Below, piece by piece: positions 18,494 to 32,210 of a stretch of 64,000 nucleotides of DNA. This stretch comes from Bradymonadia bacterium. GTDB taxonomy: Bacteria > Myxococcota_A > Bradymonadia > UBA7976 > UBA1532. Below the pieces are notes generated by a model that worked only from the letters and a program-made list of their open reading frames with translations, had not been told where the DNA came from and made no database searches. A program made the position numbers and the translations under genes. Numbering within the stretch: the stretch's first letter is position 1; each line of letters begins with the position of its first letter. Location of the stretch: assembly GCA_046290225.1 (NCBI GenBank), contig JBKAGE010000079.1:1-64000 (forward strand). The letters run 5' to 3'.

Positions 18494-19762
18494 ATGCGTT
18501 GGTGTGCATGGGCGATGGCCGGGTTGCTGTTGGGGTGTGCAGAGGGTGGCTCTTCTGGCCCCGGAGGCCCGGTGCCCGATGTGTGGCTGCCCGGTGAGGG
18601 AGACGCCGGCACACCATCAGAGACGGACGCGGGTATCCTTGAGCCAGATCCGCCAGATGCTGCCGGAGAGCGTGACGCTGGGGATGTGCCCGATGGGCTG
18701 GCGGTGCCCGACGCAGGCGGTGAAGGACCAGACGACATGTCTGGGATGGACGCCGAGGTGCTCGATGCCGAGGTTGCAGACGCCATGGCCCCTGACATGA
18801 CAGTCGACGGCGCCATGGCGGATGCTGCGCTCGTGGATGGCGCGATCCCGGACATGGCCCTCTTGGATATGGCGCCCCCGGACATGGCGCCTCCGCCGAC
18901 GCCCTGTGATGCCGACGAGGCGTGCCTGGGCGGCTTCAGCTGCGCGCTGAACGCCGAGCTGGACACTGTGTGCGGGTTGCCGCCAGGCCCAGGTCGCCCC
19001 GGTGGGCCGTGTGAAGTCGATGGCGATTGCCGCAGCGGCCTGTGTGAAGACGGCGCGTGTCAGCGTTTCTGTGCCGACTCCAGTGGTTGCCTTGTCGGTG
19101 AAGGCTGCCGTGCGGTGTCCGTGGAGCGTGATGGGGCCCAAGGCGAAGTGCAGATTTGCCAGAGGTTCCCCGACACGCCGTGTACCACCGAAGCCGACTG
19201 CCCCGAGCCCGAGCGGGTGTGCAGCGATCTCAGAGAAGAGGGGCTGTTCTGTGGAGTGGGCTTCCCGGAAGGTGCCGCTGCGGGCACGGCCTGTGAGGGG
19301 GCGCTGCAGGGCAACCCTCAATGCGCCTCGGGCATTTGCCTCTCGGGCATCTCCAATGTGTGCTCCGGGGCCTGTGGGGCCGACGCGGACTGCGATGGCG
19401 TCACCCTGTGTGGTGAGGTGCGGTTCGAAGAGATGCTGCTGGTGCGCCTCTGCCTGCCCACCTGCGCTCGCGCGGCGGACTGCACCGATGGCCAGGTGTG
19501 TACAGTGGTGGAAAATCGCGCTGAGGATCGACGCGATTTGATCTGTCGTACTGCAATCGGAGATGGCGCTGTGGGGGCTCAATGCGACGATGGAGGGGAC
19601 TGCGAGAGCGGCCTTTGCCTCACCCAGGGCGACACGCGATATTGCACCACACCCTGCACGGGGGCCGCCGATTGCCCTGCCCAGGCGGCCCTCTGCGCCG
19701 CGGCGAGCGCGCCCCGCCCGATCTCTGGCGAGCCCGAAGAGGTTTTGCTCTGCCACCGTTGA
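18494..19762 (+). CDS. Cys-rich repeat lipoprotein
   Basis: Lipobox LLGC; acidic D/A/M linker; repeated G.PC....C.SG.C....C...C....C units. Confidence 0.75.
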   Translation: MRWCAWAMAGLLLGCAEGGSSGPGGPVPDVWLPGEGDAGTPSETDAGILEPDPPDAAGERDAGDVPDGLAVPDAGGEGPDDMSGMDAEVLDAEVADAMAPDMTVDGAMADAALVDGAIPDMALLDMAPPDMAPPPTPCDADEACLGGFSCALNAELDTVCGLPPGPGRPGGPCEVDGDCRSGLCEDGACQRFCADSSGCLVGEGCRAVSVERDGAQGEVQICQRFPDTPCTTEADCPEPERVCSDLREEGLFCGVGFPEGAAAGTACEGALQGNPQCASGICLSGISNVCSGACGADADCDGVTLCGEVRFEEMLLVRLCLPTCARAADCTDGQVCTVVENRAEDRRDLICRTAIGDGAVGAQCDDGGDCESGLCLTQGDTRYCTTPCTGAADCPAQAALCAAASAPRPISGEPEEVLLCHR

Positions 19763-19862
19763 GTGGCCCTCGGGCATCATTTCGTGCGCGGGTGTGATAC
19801 CCTCCGCCCCCGCCAGCGGGTGCCACCGCTGGATCTCACGACCTGTGTACGAGGAAGCCCTC

Positions 19863-22754
19863 ATGGCCGGAACGTTGCCGCCGCTGCTCGCCCCCACCGA
19901 TGACTTTCCCCGTCGCCACATCGGCCCTGATACAGCCGAAGCGAAGGCCATGCTCGAGGTCATCGGGTGCAATGATCTCGCTGCTCTCATCGACGAGGCC
20001 GTGCCGGAAGCCATCCGGCGCCGCGTCCCTCTCGATCTGCCTGCGCCTCTCGGAGAGCGGGGGGCCCTGGATCGCTTGCAGCGCATCGCTGATCAGAACG
20101 AAGTGCTTACATCGCTCATCGGGATGGGCTACGCCAACACCCACACACCCACGGTGATCCAGCGCAACATTCTGGAGAACCCGGGCTGGTACACCCAGTA
20201 CACCCCCTACCAGGCAGAGATCGCTCAGGGCCGCCTTGAGGCCCTGGTGAACTTCCAGACGATGGTGGGGGATCTCACGGGTTTGCCCCTGTCGAACTCC
20301 TCGTTGTTGGACGAGGGGACCGCCGCAGCGGAGGCCATGGCCCTCTGCCGTGCGGTGACGCGGGGCAAGAAGCCGGCCTTCTTCATCGCCGACGGTTGCC
20401 ATCCTCAAACGGTGGCAGTGGTGGAGACCCGGGCGGAGCCTCTGGGCATCGAGATCCGGAAGGGGGCCCTCGACGCGCTCGATCTCTCTCAGTCGGATGT
20501 CTTCGGTGTGCTGCTGCAGTATCCGGACACCGAAGGCACCGTGGCAGATCATCGGGCCCTCGTCGATCGGGTGCACGAGGCCGGTGGCCTCGTGATCATG
20601 GCCACCGACTTGCTGGCGCTCACGCTGCTCACTCCCCCTGGCGAGCTTGGCGCTGATGTGGCCGTAGGTTCGAGCCAGCGCTTTGGCGTTCCATTGGGCT
20701 TCGGCGGGCCTCACGCAGGCTTCATGGCCACTCGAGAGGCCTACAAGCGCAACATGCCGGGCCGGATCGTCGGCGTGAGCGTCGACGCCGAAGGGCGACC
20801 GGCCTATCGCCTGGCTTTGCAGACCCGTGAGCAGCACATCCGCCGTGACCGGGCCACATCGAACATCTGCACCGCGCAGGTGCTGCTCGCCGTCATGGCG
20901 GGCATGTACGCTGTGTATCACGGCCCTGAAGGTCTGAAGACCATCGCCCGCAGGGTGCGGGCCCTCACCGAGATCGCCATCGAGGGCATCAAGCGCCTCG
21001 GCTACGCCGTGAGCAGCGAGCACGTCTTCGACACCCTCAAGGTGGATTGTGGCCCTGGAGGCGCCGAGGCGGTGCACGCCGCCACCGTGGCCGCGGGGAT
21101 CAACCTGCGCCAGTATGATGATCGCTTTGTGGGTGTAGCCCTCGACGAGTGCGTGGAGCTGCAGTTGCTCGACGTACTGTTCGGCGCCTTGGCAAAGGTC
21201 AAGGGAACCACCGCAGGCTTCACCGCCCTGGAAATCGCCGATGTGGCCACCGGAGAGGTCACCGAGGGGCTACGCCGCAGCAGTGACTTCCTGACGCACC
21301 CGGTGTTCAACCAGCACCACAGCGAGCACGAACTGCTGCGGTATGTGCATCAGTTGCAAAGTCGGGATCTGTCGCTCACCCACTCCATGATCCCGCTGGG
21401 ATCGTGCACCATGAAGCTCAACGCCACCTCGGAGATGGTGCCCGTGACGTGGCCCACCCTCGGGCAGCTTCACCCCTTTGCGCCCGAGTCGCAGACCCGG
21501 GGCTATCAGCAGCTCTTCAAAGAGCTCGAAGGCTGGCTGGCAGAGATCACGGGCTTTGCTGCGGTGGGGCTGCAGCCCAACGCGGGATCTCAGGGGGAGT
21601 ACGCTGGCTTGCTGGTGATCCGGGCGTATCACCTCAGCCGGGGAGACACGGCGCGCAACATCTGCCTGATCCCCACCTCGGCCCACGGCACCAACCCCGC
21701 AAGCGCGGTCATGGCGGGCATGAAGGTGGTGCCGGTGAAGTGCGATGATCGGGGCGACATCGATCTCGATGATCTGAAGGCCAAGGCCGAGCAGCACGCG
21801 GAGCGTCTCGCTGCGTTGATGATCACCTATCCGTCAACCCACGGCGTCTTCGAAGATCACATCAAGGACATCTGCAACATCGTTCACGAGAACGGGGGGC
21901 AGGTGTACATGGACGGCGCCAACATGAACGCTCAGGTGGGCCTGTGTCGTCCTGGCGACATCGGCGCTGACGTGTGCCACCTGAACTTGCACAAGACGTT
22001 CTGTATCCCCCACGGTGGAGGCGGCCCGGGTATGGGGCCCATCGGCGTGGCGGCCCACCTCGCCCCCTTCCTGCCCGGGCACCCCGTGACGGGCCTCGGC
22101 AGCGACGCGGCCATCGGCCCCGTCTCTGCTGCGCCGTATGGCAGCCCGGGCATTCTGCCCATCAGCTACATGTACATCGCCATGATGGGGGCCGATGGGC
22201 TCACCGACGCCACCCGGGCGGCGATCCTCAATGCCAACTACATGGCCACCCGGCTGCGCGAGCACTATGACGTGTTGTTCACCGGGGCCAACGGCCGTGT
22301 CGCCCACGAGTTCGTCGTGGATTGTCGGGGCTTCAAGGCCAGTGCCGACATCACCGTGGACGACATCGCCAAGCGCTTGATGGACTTCGGTTTCCATGCC
22401 CCCACCATGTCGTGGCCGGTGCCCGGAACGCTCATGATCGAGCCCACTGAGAGCGAGACCCGAGCAGAGCTCGATCGGTTCTGTGATGCCATGATCGCCA
22501 TCCGTGAAGAGATCCGGGCCATCGAGGCCGGCGAGCTCGACCGGGTGAGCAACCCTCTCAAGCATGCCCCCCATACGGCCCGTGCCGTGACAGCAGAGGC
22601 CTGGGACCGGCCCTACACCCGCGCCCAAGGGGCCTACCCTGCGCCCTGGGTCAAGCAACACAAGTTCTGGCCTGCCGTCGCTCGGGTGGACAACGCCTAC
22701 GGTGATCGGAACCTCATGTGCACCTGCCCGCCGATGTCCGCTTTCGAGGCGTGA
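19863..22754 (+). CDS. gcvP: Glycine dehydrogenase (decarboxylating), glycine cleavage P protein
   Basis: [45 protein letters not shown]-binding [17 protein letters not shown]. Confidence 0.98.
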   Translation: MAGTLPPLLAPTDDFPRRHIGPDTAEAKAMLEVIGCNDLAALIDEAVPEAIRRRVPLDLPAPLGERGALDRLQRIADQNEVLTSLIGMGYANTHTPTVIQRNILENPGWYTQYTPYQAEIAQGRLEALVNFQTMVGDLTGLPLSNSSLLDEGTAAAEAMALCRAVTRGKKPAFFIADGCHPQTVAVVETRAEPLGIEIRKGALDALDLSQSDVFGVLLQYPDTEGTVADHRALVDRVHEAGGLVIMATDLLALTLLTPPGELGADVAVGSSQRFGVPLGFGGPHAGFMATREAYKRNMPGRIVGVSVDAEGRPAYRLALQTREQHIRRDRATSNICTAQVLLAVMAGMYAVYHGPEGLKTIARRVRALTEIAIEGIKRLGYAVSSEHVFDTLKVDCGPGGAEAVHAATVAAGINLRQYDDRFVGVALDECVELQLLDVLFGALAKVKGTTAGFTALEIADVATGEVTEGLRRSSDFLTHPVFNQHHSEHELLRYVHQLQSRDLSLTHSMIPLGSCTMKLNATSEMVPVTWPTLGQLHPFAPESQTRGYQQLFKELEGWLAEITGFAAVGLQPNAGSQGEYAGLLVIRAYHLSRGDTARNICLIPTSAHGTNPASAVMAGMKVVPVKCDDRGDIDLDDLKAKAEQHAERLAALMITYPSTHGVFEDHIKDICNIVHENGGQVYMDGANMNAQVGLCRPGDIGADVCHLNLHKTFCIPHGGGGPGMGPIGVAAHLAPFLPGHPVTGLGSDAAIGPVSAAPYGSPGILPISYMYIAMMGADGLTDATRAAILNANYMATRLREHYDVLFTGANGRVAHEFVVDCRGFKASADITVDDIAKRLMDFGFHAPTMSWPVPGTLMIEPTESETRAELDRFCDAMIAIREEIRAIEAGELDRVSNPLKHAPHTARAVTAEAWDRPYTRAQGAYPAPWVKQHKFWPAVARVDNAYGDRNLMCTCPPMSAFEA

Positions 22755-22761
22755 AGACCTC

Positions 22762-24318
22762 TCAGTGAGAGGTGAGGCGCCCTGGAGGCATCAACTTCAC
22801 CGGCCAGATCACCTTGCTGTCGACGCTCACCCCCTGTTGAGAGGGCAGGGGGCGATGATGGGCCGCTGCGGCAGCACACCGGTGGAGCGCGGGATCACCA
22901 GGGCCACCTGCATAGCGCAGAGTGCCGTCGGCATAACCCATCCACCATAGTTCGCTGCGTCGAGCCTTGTCATCGAGAGAAGCCACACAGGATTCGAAAC
23001 TCGGCAGCAGTGATCTCAACTGGCCGTGCACGACAGATGGCTCCACATCAACGCCTTCCAGCTGAGGCACCGCAGTGACCAGTCGGTAGGCCGATACGGG
23101 GATCTCCCTGGCACGATCAGGTGTCGTCGTGGCTAGCGGCTGAAGAGCAGAGCGTGCTTCGAGGAGCAGAACGCTGACACTGCAGGCGAGGAGCCCCGCG
23201 AGCAGCCACCAGGACCAGGCAGGCGGGCGCCTTGCTGCTTCGGGTGCAATCTCTGGAGTGTGCAATGAGGTCGCGGCGGCCACGAGGCTCGAGGCGGAGG
23301 CCGCCTGCGCTCTCGCAGAGGTGTGCACCAGCGCCTCTGCTTCTGCCTGAGGGGGCGGGGTGAGTGGAATCGGAGAGAAAAGCTCGGTGATGGCTTCGTT
23401 GATGGAAGGCTCAGCGGTGGCTTCTGGTGGAAACGCTGCCAGCTGAAAGGCTCGCCAAGCGGTGGCCAGATCGACGAATCGATCCGCGGGCTGTCGAGCG
23501 AACATCCTCATGATGACAGCCTGCACCTCAGGTGAGACCTGAAGCGGATCGACGTGCATGCTGAGTGGATCTGCCCTGCCCTCGAGTTGCCGGGTGACCA
23601 GCCGGACAACGTGCTCACGGCCATGAGGCGGGGCGCCGGAGAGCAGCTCGTAGCCGATGACTCCGAGGGCATACTGATCGGCTCGAGCGTCGACGTCGTC
23701 ACCCTCCAGCTGCTCAGGTGCTGCATAGCCTGGAGTGCCCTGAAAGCCCGTGATGCCAGACTCCAGGGTGAGCTTCGACTGCCCGCTGTGGATCCTGCGG
23801 GCGAGGCCAAAGTCGAGAATCACCGCGAAGGGCATGCCGTCTCGCTCGGTGATTCTGATGTTCTCGGGTTTCAGATCGCGGTGCACCACGCCCACGTTGT
23901 GTGCTGCCTGCAGTGCGTCACAGAGCTGATGCATCACCTGGGCAACCTCGATGAGGGGTCGTGGCCCTTCCTGAATCCATCGAGTCAGATCGTCCCCCTT
24001 GAGCCACTTCATCACGACAAAGTGCTGTCCGTCGTCGGTGACGTTGAAGTCGTAGACGTCGACGATGTGGGGGTGACCGATCTGTGCTGTGGTCAAGGCC
24101 TCGCGCCGCAATCGTGCCAGAGACGTGGGATCAGCGGCGACGTCGCGGTGCAGGAGCTTCAGAGCCACATGATGCCCCCGCACAGCATGACGGGCGAGGA
24201 GCACTTCGCCCATGCTCCCGGAGCCGATTTTGCCCTCGACTCGCCAGGGTGTACCTGGGAGCAGCACACCGGCGAGCGGGTGCGGGGTGACAGCAGGCGT
24301 GTGGGGCAACGGTTGCAT
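22762..24318 (-). CDS. Membrane Ser/Thr protein kinase with a small C-terminal extracytoplasmic domain
   Basis: IGSGSMGEV, VALK, HRDLKPEN, DFG, GTPGYAAPE; TM WWLLAGLLACSVSVLLL; start codon uncertain. Confidence 0.9.
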   Translation of the reverse strand: MQPLPHTPAVTPHPLAGVLLPGTPWRVEGKIGSGSMGEVLLARHAVRGHHVALKLLHRDVAADPTSLARLRREALTTAQIGHPHIVDVYDFNVTDDGQHFVVMKWLKGDDLTRWIQEGPRPLIEVAQVMHQLCDALQAAHNVGVVHRDLKPENIRITERDGMPFAVILDFGLARRIHSGQSKLTLESGITGFQGTPGYAAPEQLEGDDVDARADQYALGVIGYELLSGAPPHGREHVVRLVTRQLEGRADPLSMHVDPLQVSPEVQAVIMRMFARQPADRFVDLATAWRAFQLAAFPPEATAEPSINEAITELFSPIPLTPPPQAEAEALVHTSARAQAASASSLVAAATSLHTPEIAPEAARRPPAWSWWLLAGLLACSVSVLLLEARSALQPLATTTPDRAREIPVSAYRLVTAVPQLEGVDVEPSVVHGQLRSLLPSFESCVASLDDKARRSELWWMGYADGTLRYAGGPGDPALHRCAAAAAHHRPLPSQQGVSVDSKVIWPVKLMPPGRLTSH

Positions 24319-24428
24319 CGCTCGGCCTTCAGGGAAGACACAAGGGAGAGCATCGGCACGTGTACCCCCCCCGTTGAGCGCCGCACCTGCCGTGGACCCA
24401 GGCGGCTGCGATGTTCAGGGTGTGAAGC

Positions 24429-25142
24429 TCAGTCAGGCAAGGACCAGTCCACGGGTTGCTCTCCCATCCGTACGAGGTGGTTGTTGATCTGAGAGAAGTG
24501 CCGGCACCCGAAGAAGCCCCGGTCTGCGGAGTAGGGCGAGGGGTGAGGGGATTTCAGGATCAAATGACGGTGGCGGTCGATCATGGCGGCCTTGCGCCCT
24601 GCTGCTGCACCCCAGAGCACGAAGACGAGGCCCTCGTGCTGAGCGTTGAGGGCCTTGATGGCTCGATCGGTGAACTGCTCCCAGCCCTTCTCACGGTGCG
24701 AATTCGCGGCGTGGGCGCGCACCGAGAGCACGGTGTTGAGCAACAGCACCCCTTGCTCTGCCCAATGGGTCAGCTCGCCGTGGCGGGGGGTGGGTACACC
24801 GAGATCGTCGTTGAGCTCTTTGAAGATGTTCACCAGCGAGGGGGGCGGTCGCACCCCTCGACGCACCGAAAAGCACAGGCCGTGGGCTTGACCCCTGCCG
24901 TGGTACGGATCCTGGCCGAGGATCACCACCCGCACTTGATCGAAGCCCGTGAGGTTGAAGGCGTTGAACATGTCGCGCCCCGGCGGGAACACCTGATGGT
25001 GCTGGCGCTCCTCTACGAGGAAGGCCTTCAGGGCACGCATATAGGGCTGGTCGAACTCCGGCCCGAGGACCTCGAGCCAGCCAGGCTCGAGGTTGATCTT
25101 CGAGGTGGCGGCGAGCTGTGCAGGCTGGCCAGGGGTCGACAC
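24429..25142 (-). CDS. ung: Uracil-DNA glycosylase family 1
   Basis: [37 protein letters not shown]. Confidence 0.97.
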   Translation of the reverse strand: MSTPGQPAQLAATSKINLEPGWLEVLGPEFDQPYMRALKAFLVEERQHHQVFPPGRDMFNAFNLTGFDQVRVVILGQDPYHGRGQAHGLCFSVRRGVRPPPSLVNIFKELNDDLGVPTPRHGELTHWAEQGVLLLNTVLSVRAHAANSHREKGWEQFTDRAIKALNAQHEGLVFVLWGAAAGRKAAMIDRHRHLILKSPHPSPYSADRGFFGCRHFSQINNHLVRMGEQPVDWSLPD

Positions 25143-25239
25143 GGAGCTCTCTCCTCACGTGATGATGCATCGAGCGGGTTGGCAGCGACCGTACGGTAGA
25201 GTTCAATCAAGCCACACATCAAAACAATCAGAGACACGC

Positions 25240-25674
25240 ATGGCTTCGACGTTCGAAGGGTTCAGGCCCTTCCATCTCGCTTTCCCGGTGGCCGATCTAC
25301 AGGCAACGCGTCAGTTCTACACACAGATCCTGCCAGGGGTCGAGGGGCGCAGCGCCGATACCTGGGTCGACTTCGATCTCTATGGCCACCAAATCAGCGC
25401 CCACCGTGTGCAGCAGCGGCCCACGGATGCCGGGGAGAACCCCGTGGATGGAGATGGGGTGCCGATCCCGCACTTCGGCGTGGTGCTGCCCTGGGCGGAA
25501 TGGCACGCCCTCATAGAGCGCCTGGAGGCCGCCGGTGTCGAGCCTGCCCTGGGCCCACGCATTCGCTTTCAGGGCGAGGTGGGTGAGCAGGCCACTGTGT
25601 TCATTCGCGATCCCAGCGGCAACGCGCTGGAGTTCAAATCGTTCCGTGATCCCGAGAGGTTGTTCGCCACATGA
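25240..25674 (+). CDS. VOC/glyoxalase-family protein
   Basis: [40 protein letters not shown]. Confidence 0.92.
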   Translation: MASTFEGFRPFHLAFPVADLQATRQFYTQILPGVEGRSADTWVDFDLYGHQISAHRVQQRPTDAGENPVDGDGVPIPHFGVVLPWAEWHALIERLEAAGVEPALGPRIRFQGEVGEQATVFIRDPSGNALEFKSFRDPERLFAT

Positions 25675-26582
25675 TCATTCAAGAACGCGGGTCGGTGCTG
25701 AAGCTGCTGGCCTGGCAATGGAAGCTGTGCCTGATGCTGGCCCTGGGGGCTTTGATCCCCATCGTGCTGGTGAAGTTTCTGGACGTCGACGCCACCGACA
25801 TCACCCTGCCCACCCTGCCTCTGACGGTGGTGGGGGCGGCCCTGGGCATCTTCGTCAGCTTTCGCACCAACTCTGCCTATGACCGCTGGTGGGAAGGGCG
25901 AAAGCTCTGGGGGCGCCTGATCAACGTCTCACGACACTTGTCGACTCAGATTATGTGCTACGCCGGGGCCAAAGCCCGCCCGGTGCCCGAGCAGGTGGTG
26001 CGTCGCCACATCGCCTATGTGCACACGCTCAGGTGCCTGCTCCGCAAGCAGGATCCCTTCACCGACGAGAACGTCGTGGCCTACCTCACCGCCGAAGAGC
26101 GGAGGACGATGACAGGGGAGACCAATCTGACGCATGCGCTGCTCCATCGGCAGATGGCCACTGTGGTGCAGCTGTCTCACGACGGTCACCTCGACGCGAT
26201 GCAGGTGGCCTCTCTCGACGAGAGCATTCGTGTGCTGCTCGATGTGCAGGGAGGTTGCGAGCGCATCAAGAAGACGCCCCTGCCCCGAGGGTACGGCTTC
26301 ATCGCGGGCTGGCTCATCAAGGCTTATGGCTTCTTGTTCCCGCTGGCGGTGGTGGGCCAGCTGGGCTGGCTGACGATCCCGGCGAACATGCTCGTGGGTT
26401 TGGGCTTCGGGCTGATCAGCGAAGCGGGCCGCGTGCTGGAGGATCCGTTCACGCTCTACTGGAACGGCCTGCCGCTGAGCGATATGTCCCGCACCATCGA
26501 GCGCAACTTGCTGCAGCGGTTGGATGAGGTGCCCGAGCTGCCCCCGGCGCAGGTGCCGCAGCCGGAAGGGGTGTTGATGTGA
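25671..26582 (+). CDS. Bestrophin-family (YneE-like) ion channel
   Basis: [39 protein letters not shown] overlap with the VOC gene. Confidence 0.93.
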   Translation: MIIQERGSVLKLLAWQWKLCLMLALGALIPIVLVKFLDVDATDITLPTLPLTVVGAALGIFVSFRTNSAYDRWWEGRKLWGRLINVSRHLSTQIMCYAGAKARPVPEQVVRRHIAYVHTLRCLLRKQDPFTDENVVAYLTAEERRTMTGETNLTHALLHRQMATVVQLSHDGHLDAMQVASLDESIRVLLDVQGGCERIKKTPLPRGYGFIAGWLIKAYGFLFPLAVVGQLGWLTIPANMLVGLGFGLISEAGRVLEDPFTLYWNGLPLSDMSRTIERNLLQRLDEVPELPPAQVPQPEGVLM

Positions 26583-27845
26583 TCAGGCGCGACGCCGCCA
26601 GAAGGCGCCGAGGCCGACGAGCAACCCGCTGAGCAACACGACGAGCGAGGTCCAGGGGGTACGGCCCCAAGCGGCCTGGCACCCACCGGTCTCACCGCCA
26701 CCCTGGAACTGATAGATGTCGGAGAAGGCGGCGCCGCCCACGGGCGTACCGGAGATGGCGGCGGCGTTGGGGCCGCGGTTGCCTGCCTGATCGCGGGGGG
26801 CGTAGGTGATCCAGTACTCGGTGTTGTTGGTGAGCCCCGTGAGGGTGTAGCTGGTGGTGAGGGGGATGGGCCCCACACACCGGAAACCGTCACGCAGGCC
26901 GTCGTTGGTGCTGTCGTTGGTCACCGTCCGAGGGATCGGGGTGGACTCGTCGGGCAGCCGCACGCGGTAGCAGATCTCGTAATCATTGAGATCGTTGAGG
27001 GCATCCTCTTCGTTGGCGAGGCCCTGGTAGATCGTGCGCGGGTTGGGCAGCGATACGACGAACTGACCATCGCCAGGGACCAGACCCAGAGGAGAGCGGG
27101 TCGGGGCCGGGGGCCGCTCGAGATCGATGATGATGCTCGCCGGGGTGCTGTCGAAGACCGTGGTCTCTGGCGGATCCTGGTCGGGGTCCACCTGGTAGTA
27201 CCGGAAGAACATGTGCAGCACCTCGCGGTTGCCGGGGCTGCAGGGGTTGGAGACCAGATCATTGATCTGGAAGCTCTCGCGGAAGCTCACTGTGTTCTCG
27301 TTGGGAGTCACCGTGGACAAACAACGGCAACTCTCCTGCGCCAGAGGCCCAAAGCTGCACCCGCCGGTCTGCAAGTTCTCGGCGCACTGGCTCCCCGGGT
27401 TGGTGGTGAACCGCGTGGAGCGCCACAGCATGGCGTGGAAGGTGTAGTCGATGTCGCTGTCCACATCGTCGCCTTCATCTACGCCGGCGTCGGCGTCGGC
27501 GTCATCTACACCGATGCCGAGGGGCTCGGGCTCGACCTCGCCCTCGAAAACATAGAAGGGGGCCGTGAGCGTGGTGTCGATGAGGCCGCTCTCGGTGAGC
27601 CCGGCGCCCACCGTGATGCGATCGGCGGCTTCTGCGGCGAAGAAGTCGCTGCAGTTGTCGACCCCCAACGCCATCAACGCCCCGTTCTGAGGGGTGATGT
27701 TGGCAGAGAAGTCACTGGCGCCCAGGGTGTCCTGGGCAAGGGCAGACCCGGCACTCAGGAGGGTCGTGCTCAACAACGCCATACTCAATGCTGCGCATGT
27801 CAGGGTCGAGGTCTGGCGAGGATGTCGGGTGATGTGCAGTCTCAT
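26583..27845 (-). CDS. Secreted FN3-like protein with a MYXO-CTERM-like tail (resembles the MXAN_2561 family)
   Basis: Signal peptide ending SAGSALA; LTGLTNNTEYWI...DQAGN FN3 motif; tail GGGETGGC-hydrophobic-WRRRA. Confidence 0.7.
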   Translation of the reverse strand: MRLHITRHPRQTSTLTCAALSMALLSTTLLSAGSALAQDTLGASDFSANITPQNGALMALGVDNCSDFFAAEAADRITVGAGLTESGLIDTTLTAPFYVFEGEVEPEPLGIGVDDADADAGVDEGDDVDSDIDYTFHAMLWRSTRFTTNPGSQCAENLQTGGCSFGPLAQESCRCLSTVTPNENTVSFRESFQINDLVSNPCSPGNREVLHMFFRYYQVDPDQDPPETTVFDSTPASIIIDLERPPAPTRSPLGLVPGDGQFVVSLPNPRTIYQGLANEEDALNDLNDYEICYRVRLPDESTPIPRTVTNDSTNDGLRDGFRCVGPIPLTTSYTLTGLTNNTEYWITYAPRDQAGNRGPNAAAISGTPVGGAAFSDIYQFQGGGETGGCQAAWGRTPWTSLVVLLSGLLVGLGAFWRRRA

Positions 27846-28022
27846 ATCGCCGTGTTCACCGTGTTCGAGGATGGGGAACATACCACAGAGGGGCCGTCTC
27901 ACGAGTGAACCTTGTGGGCCCCGAGATTCTTCCCCACCGTGACGCGCCAGGGCCTTCAAGACGTGGCCCGGACTGAGGTGGGTCATCGTGTACTTGCGCC
28001 TCGCTGTCAAAATGGCTTTTTT

Positions 28023-29876
<1,854 letters not shown>

Positions 29877-30066
29877 GCGTCACACACAGAGGGGCTGATG
29901 TCGCCTGACTGAGGCCGGAGTGTCTGCAGTTGTGGGGTTTTTGCGGTCAACGCGATATGGTCTGCGGCCACCCAAGAGGTCGAGCGCACCTCGAATCCCC
30001 TGTGAGGGCATCGTGAGGCACCGGGGCCGATTCATCTTCAGACCTGAGCGTGTCAGGCGTTGGCCT

Positions 30067-31215
30067 GTGACGTGGCTGTGTTGTCTGATCTGGAGCTGCA
30101 CGATGTCGATGGCCTCCACGGCCTGGAGCGCGCCGAAGTCCGAGCAGGTCAAGGCGGCCCGTGCAGACGTCAAAGAGGGCGCTCGGCTGTTCAAGTCCGG
30201 ACGTTTCGCCGAAGCCCTCGCACGGTTCTTGTCGGCCTCGAGGGTGGGGGCGGCCATCGGCGACGAGGCGGGGCTGTGGTTCAACATCGCCCGGTGTCTC
30301 GAAGAGCTCGACGAGCATCGGAAGGCCATCGGCGCCTTCGAAAAATACCTGAGCTTTTCAGGTGAAGACGCCCGCACTCGGCGGCGTGCTCAGGAGAAGA
30401 TCAGGGCCTTGGAGGCCAAGGCCTTCGGCCAGCTCACCGTGGAGTGCGAGAAGGGCGTCTCGGTGTCATTGCCCGGTGGCCCGGCACCTCGAGCGTGCCC
30501 GATCACATGGCGCCGGCTCGCCCCAGGCAAGTTGACGGTGGAGGCACGGGATGTCGCCCAGGGCATTGCCTGGACTGTGCCCATGACCATCGAAGCAGGC
30601 GATGCGCTTCACACGCGGCTACTGCCACCGGGACGCCTCGAGATTCGGGGGCGTCGCGGCAACGATCGGATCTTCGTCGACGGCGCCGAGGTCTCCGCTA
30701 CGGGCTCAGTGGAGATCGTCGCGGCACCAGGGCCCCACCAGGTCAGGGTAGAGACCACCGGCAGGCCACCCTGGACAGGGGAGGTGCAAGTGGACTCGGA
30801 GACCACCACCGTGGTGGAGCCGCAGTGGACCAAGACAAGCCTTAGAGATGAAGTACCCGTCGAGCGAGGGCCTTCGCCGAGCTGGCAACCCTGGGTCTTC
30901 GGCGGTGTGGGGGCAGCCTGCCTCGCCGGGAGCGCCGTGGCCTACTTTCGCACCGTGGGGCTCTTTGAGGATGCCGAAGAGGCCCAGCAACGGTACAACG
31001 CTTCGATGGACCCCGTGGTCCGCGCCACTCAACGTCGTCGAGCGAACGATGCCCTGAGCGCCGGCCGGGACAGCCGCACGCTCACCTGGGTGCTCGGGGG
31101 GGCCGGCGCTGCCTTTGCTGGCATCGCGCTGTGGCTCTGGCTCGATGACGAGGCCCCAGAGCAAGGGCTCGGGCTCAACCCCGAGGGGCAGCTGATCATT
31201 TGGGGCCGGTTCTAG
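30067..31215 (+). CDS. TPR + PEGA-domain exported protein
   Basis: Signal peptide; TPR-like LWFNIARCLEEL..AIGAFEKYL; PEGA-like IFVDG..APGPHQVRV; two hydrophobic C-terminal segments ending WGRF; start approximate. Confidence 0.8.
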   Translation: MTWLCCLIWSCTMSMASTAWSAPKSEQVKAARADVKEGARLFKSGRFAEALARFLSASRVGAAIGDEAGLWFNIARCLEELDEHRKAIGAFEKYLSFSGEDARTRRRAQEKIRALEAKAFGQLTVECEKGVSVSLPGGPAPRACPITWRRLAPGKLTVEARDVAQGIAWTVPMTIEAGDALHTRLLPPGRLEIRGRRGNDRIFVDGAEVSATGSVEIVAAPGPHQVRVETTGRPPWTGEVQVDSETTTVVEPQWTKTSLRDEVPVERGPSPSWQPWVFGGVGAACLAGSAVAYFRTVGLFEDAEEAQQRYNASMDPVVRATQRRRANDALSAGRDSRTLTWVLGGAGAAFAGIALWLWLDDEAPEQGLGLNPEGQLIIWGRF

Positions 31216-31300
31216 AGAGCCGCGCACGGATACACAATCGAATCCTGCGCCGAGGGCGCAGACACACGGACAGCGCAGGCTGTCGAAGGAGCAGACGTCG

Positions 31301-32173
31301 ATGTCGCACACCGCCTACCGCACCACCCTGATGGCCCTGCTCACCGCTGGCGCCCTCACCTTTGCCGGCTGTGGCAAGAAGGACGACGCCCCGAAGAACA
31401 CCCCAGAGAAGGGTGCCGAGAAGGGTGCCGAGAAGGGTGCCGAGAAGAGCACCGACAAGGGGAAGAAGGCCGAGGCCGAGAAGCCCGCAGAGAAGCCCGC
31501 AGAGAAACCTGCCGACAAGATGGCGGAGAAGCCCGCAGAGAAGCCTGCGGATCCGGCCGCCGCTGCTCCCGCAGCCGCAGCAGGGGGCATCAAGGCCGTC
31601 CCTGAGGCCAAGCCTGCCCTGCTCGCGCCGGAGAAGCTCGTCGAGCAGGCCCCCGAGACCTTCGCCGTGAAGTTCACCACCACCAAGGGCGACGTGATCC
31701 TCGACGTCACCCGCGCCTGGTCGCCCATCGGCGCCGACCGCTTCTACAACATGGTGAAGTCGGGCTTCTACGACGATGTCGGCATGTTCCGCGTGGTGCC
31801 GGGCTTCGTGGTGCAGTTCGGCATCCACGGCAACCCCCAGGTGGCGGGGAAGTGGCGTGAGGCCCGCGTGAAGGACGATCCGGCGAAGCCCGGCATCTCC
31901 AACACCCGCGGCACCGTGGTCTTCGCCACCGCGGGCCCCAACACCCGTACGACGCAGATCTTCATCAACTTCGGCAACAACGGGAACCTCGACCGCATGG
32001 GCTTCACCCCCTTCGGCAAGGTGCGCGACGAGTCGCTCAAGGTGGTGGACGCCGTCAACGCCGAGTACCGCCAGCGCCCGAACCAGGGCCTGATTCAGAC
32101 CCAGGGCAACGCCTACCTCACCAAGGCCTTTCCCAACCTCGACTACATCCGCAGCGCTGAGATCATGAAGTAA
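31301..32173 (+). CDS. Cyclophilin-type peptidyl-prolyl isomerase lipoprotein
   Basis: Lipobox FAGC; AEKP linker; FRVVPGFVVQFG, SNTRGTVVFA, RTTQIFIN, FTPFGKV. Confidence 0.95.
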   Translation: MSHTAYRTTLMALLTAGALTFAGCGKKDDAPKNTPEKGAEKGAEKGAEKSTDKGKKAEAEKPAEKPAEKPADKMAEKPAEKPADPAAAAPAAAAGGIKAVPEAKPALLAPEKLVEQAPETFAVKFTTTKGDVILDVTRAWSPIGADRFYNMVKSGFYDDVGMFRVVPGFVVQFGIHGNPQVAGKWREARVKDDPAKPGISNTRGTVVFATAGPNTRTTQIFINFGNNGNLDRMGFTPFGKVRDESLKVVDAVNAEYRQRPNQGLIQTQGNAYLTKAFPNLDYIRSAEIMK

Positions 32174-32210
32174 CGACGGCGTACCAGCCGACATCCCTGA
32201 GGGGGCTGAA

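Noticed and set aside
19563..19862. gcvP N-terminal extension or glycine riboswitch
   Set aside because: The extension overlaps the upstream CDS; the 100-bp gap has one hairpin (19813-19832) but no glycine-aptamer consensus
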